Below, piece by piece: positions 62,978-64,000 of a stretch of DNA of 64,000 nucleotides. The notes under the pieces were generated by a model. The model had not been told where the DNA came from. It did no database searches and worked only from the letters and a program-made list of their open reading frames with translations. Position 1 is the stretch's first letter; the number at the start of each line of letters is the position of its first letter. The stretch lies in assembly GCA_977017645.1 (NCBI GenBank), contig OZ360220.1, positions 137,082,001-137,146,000 on the forward strand, read 5' to 3'. The translations under genes were made by a program, and so were the position numbers. The DNA is from Torpedo marmorata. Lineage: Eukaryota.

Positions 62978-64000
62978 TTTTTTTTAAAAAATATTTTATT
63001 TAAAATTTTTAAATCACATAATACATAAAATAGAATATAAAATTATCAAATTATTTGTGATACATTTTCAACCCCCCTCCCTCCCTCCCCTCCCCAACCC
63101 TCCCAACCCCACTAATCTAATAAAAAATAAAAATATAAAATAAAAATAGAAAAAGAAGAAAAAAAAGAAAGAAAAAGATAGAGTAAGGGGAATGCCAATC
63201 TATAAACTAATTCTATTATGGAGGTCAAGTATGCCAGTAGATCCGATATCCAGAGATCTTCAAATCCTTAAACCAACAGCTTTCATATATGGGCTCCAAA
63301 TTTTTAAGAAGAAATGATATTTATTACGCAAATTATAAGTAATTTTTTCAAGTGGTATACACGAACGAAGTTCTGCATGCCATCTATCTAATCCTAAATC
63401 TAAATCAGATTTCCAAGTAATAGCAATGCATTTCTTTGAAACAGCTAAAGCAATTCGCAAAAATTCTATTTGATACATATTTAATTTCATCTTCATACTA
63501 AATTTTCTAATATCTCCAAACAAAAATATCATACGATCCATTGGAAATGTAATCTTAAATACTTTATCTAAGAAATTTTTAACTTTCAACCAAAAATCAT
63601 AAACTTTTGGACAAAACCATGTAGAATGTACAAAAGACCCTTCCTCTTTATTACATCTAAAACATAAACCTGATAGTGTCGGATTAAATTTCTTTAATTT
63701 TTTAGGTGTTAAATATAATTGATGAAAAAAATTGTATTGTACTAATCTATATCTAACATTAATAATCTTCGTCATACTTAATTTACATAATTCTTTCCAA
63801 TGATTTTCATCTATTCTTACATTCAAATCTAATTCCCATTTTAATCTTGATTTATGCAATCCTACTTTAGGCATTTTCCTCTGAAACAATTTATACATTT
63901 GAGAAATAAATTTATTAACATCTCCATTAGTAACTAATAATTCTAATTCATTTTGTCTTGGTAAAATCAAAGCATAACCTAATTTCTCAATCAGAAAAGC
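62978..64000 (-). mobile_element. L1-clade LINE 3' portion inserted into the RNase H of Gypsy copy C
   Basis: ORF 63260..63970 is near-identical to 42180-42889; its A-tail abuts the Gypsy QAGRPV codons. Confidence 0.92.

Overview
Eukaryotic, repeat-dense genomic DNA, most likely from a cartilaginous fish (HE1-type V-SINEs, Deu-domain SINEs, and elasmobranch-type CR1 and Penelope repeats); the species cannot be determined. The window lies inside a minus-strand KCNT1 (Slack/Slo2.2) gene. Eleven exons of 80, 100, 57, 49, 60, 75, 84, 95, 181, 165 and 137 nt, all with AG/GT boundaries, splice into one open frame covering S1-S6, the pore and the start of RCK1; they correspond to human exons ~3-13. 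The introns hold: (i) a very young, internally deleted class I endogenous retrovirus (455-bp LTRs, tRNA-Pro PBS, gag-UAG-pro-RT); (ii) three compact Ty3/Gypsy elements; (iii) a degenerate tRNA-Ser-primed LTR element; (iv) L1, CR1 and Rex1/Babar LINEs, some nested or inverted; (v) Penelope fragments with minimal hammerhead ribozyme motifs; and (vi) hAT and Tigger-type DNA transposons and SINEs. The most striking signal is the Gypsy lineage. The two complete copies are divergent from each other, lack any tRNA primer-binding site, and instead have a 14-bp PBS-position sequence perfectly complementary to their own LTR. Both have Asn in place of the second Asp of the RT YxDD motif (YLDN). All three copies have a hairpin over the PPT. 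All alignments and family assignments were made by eye, not by database search.
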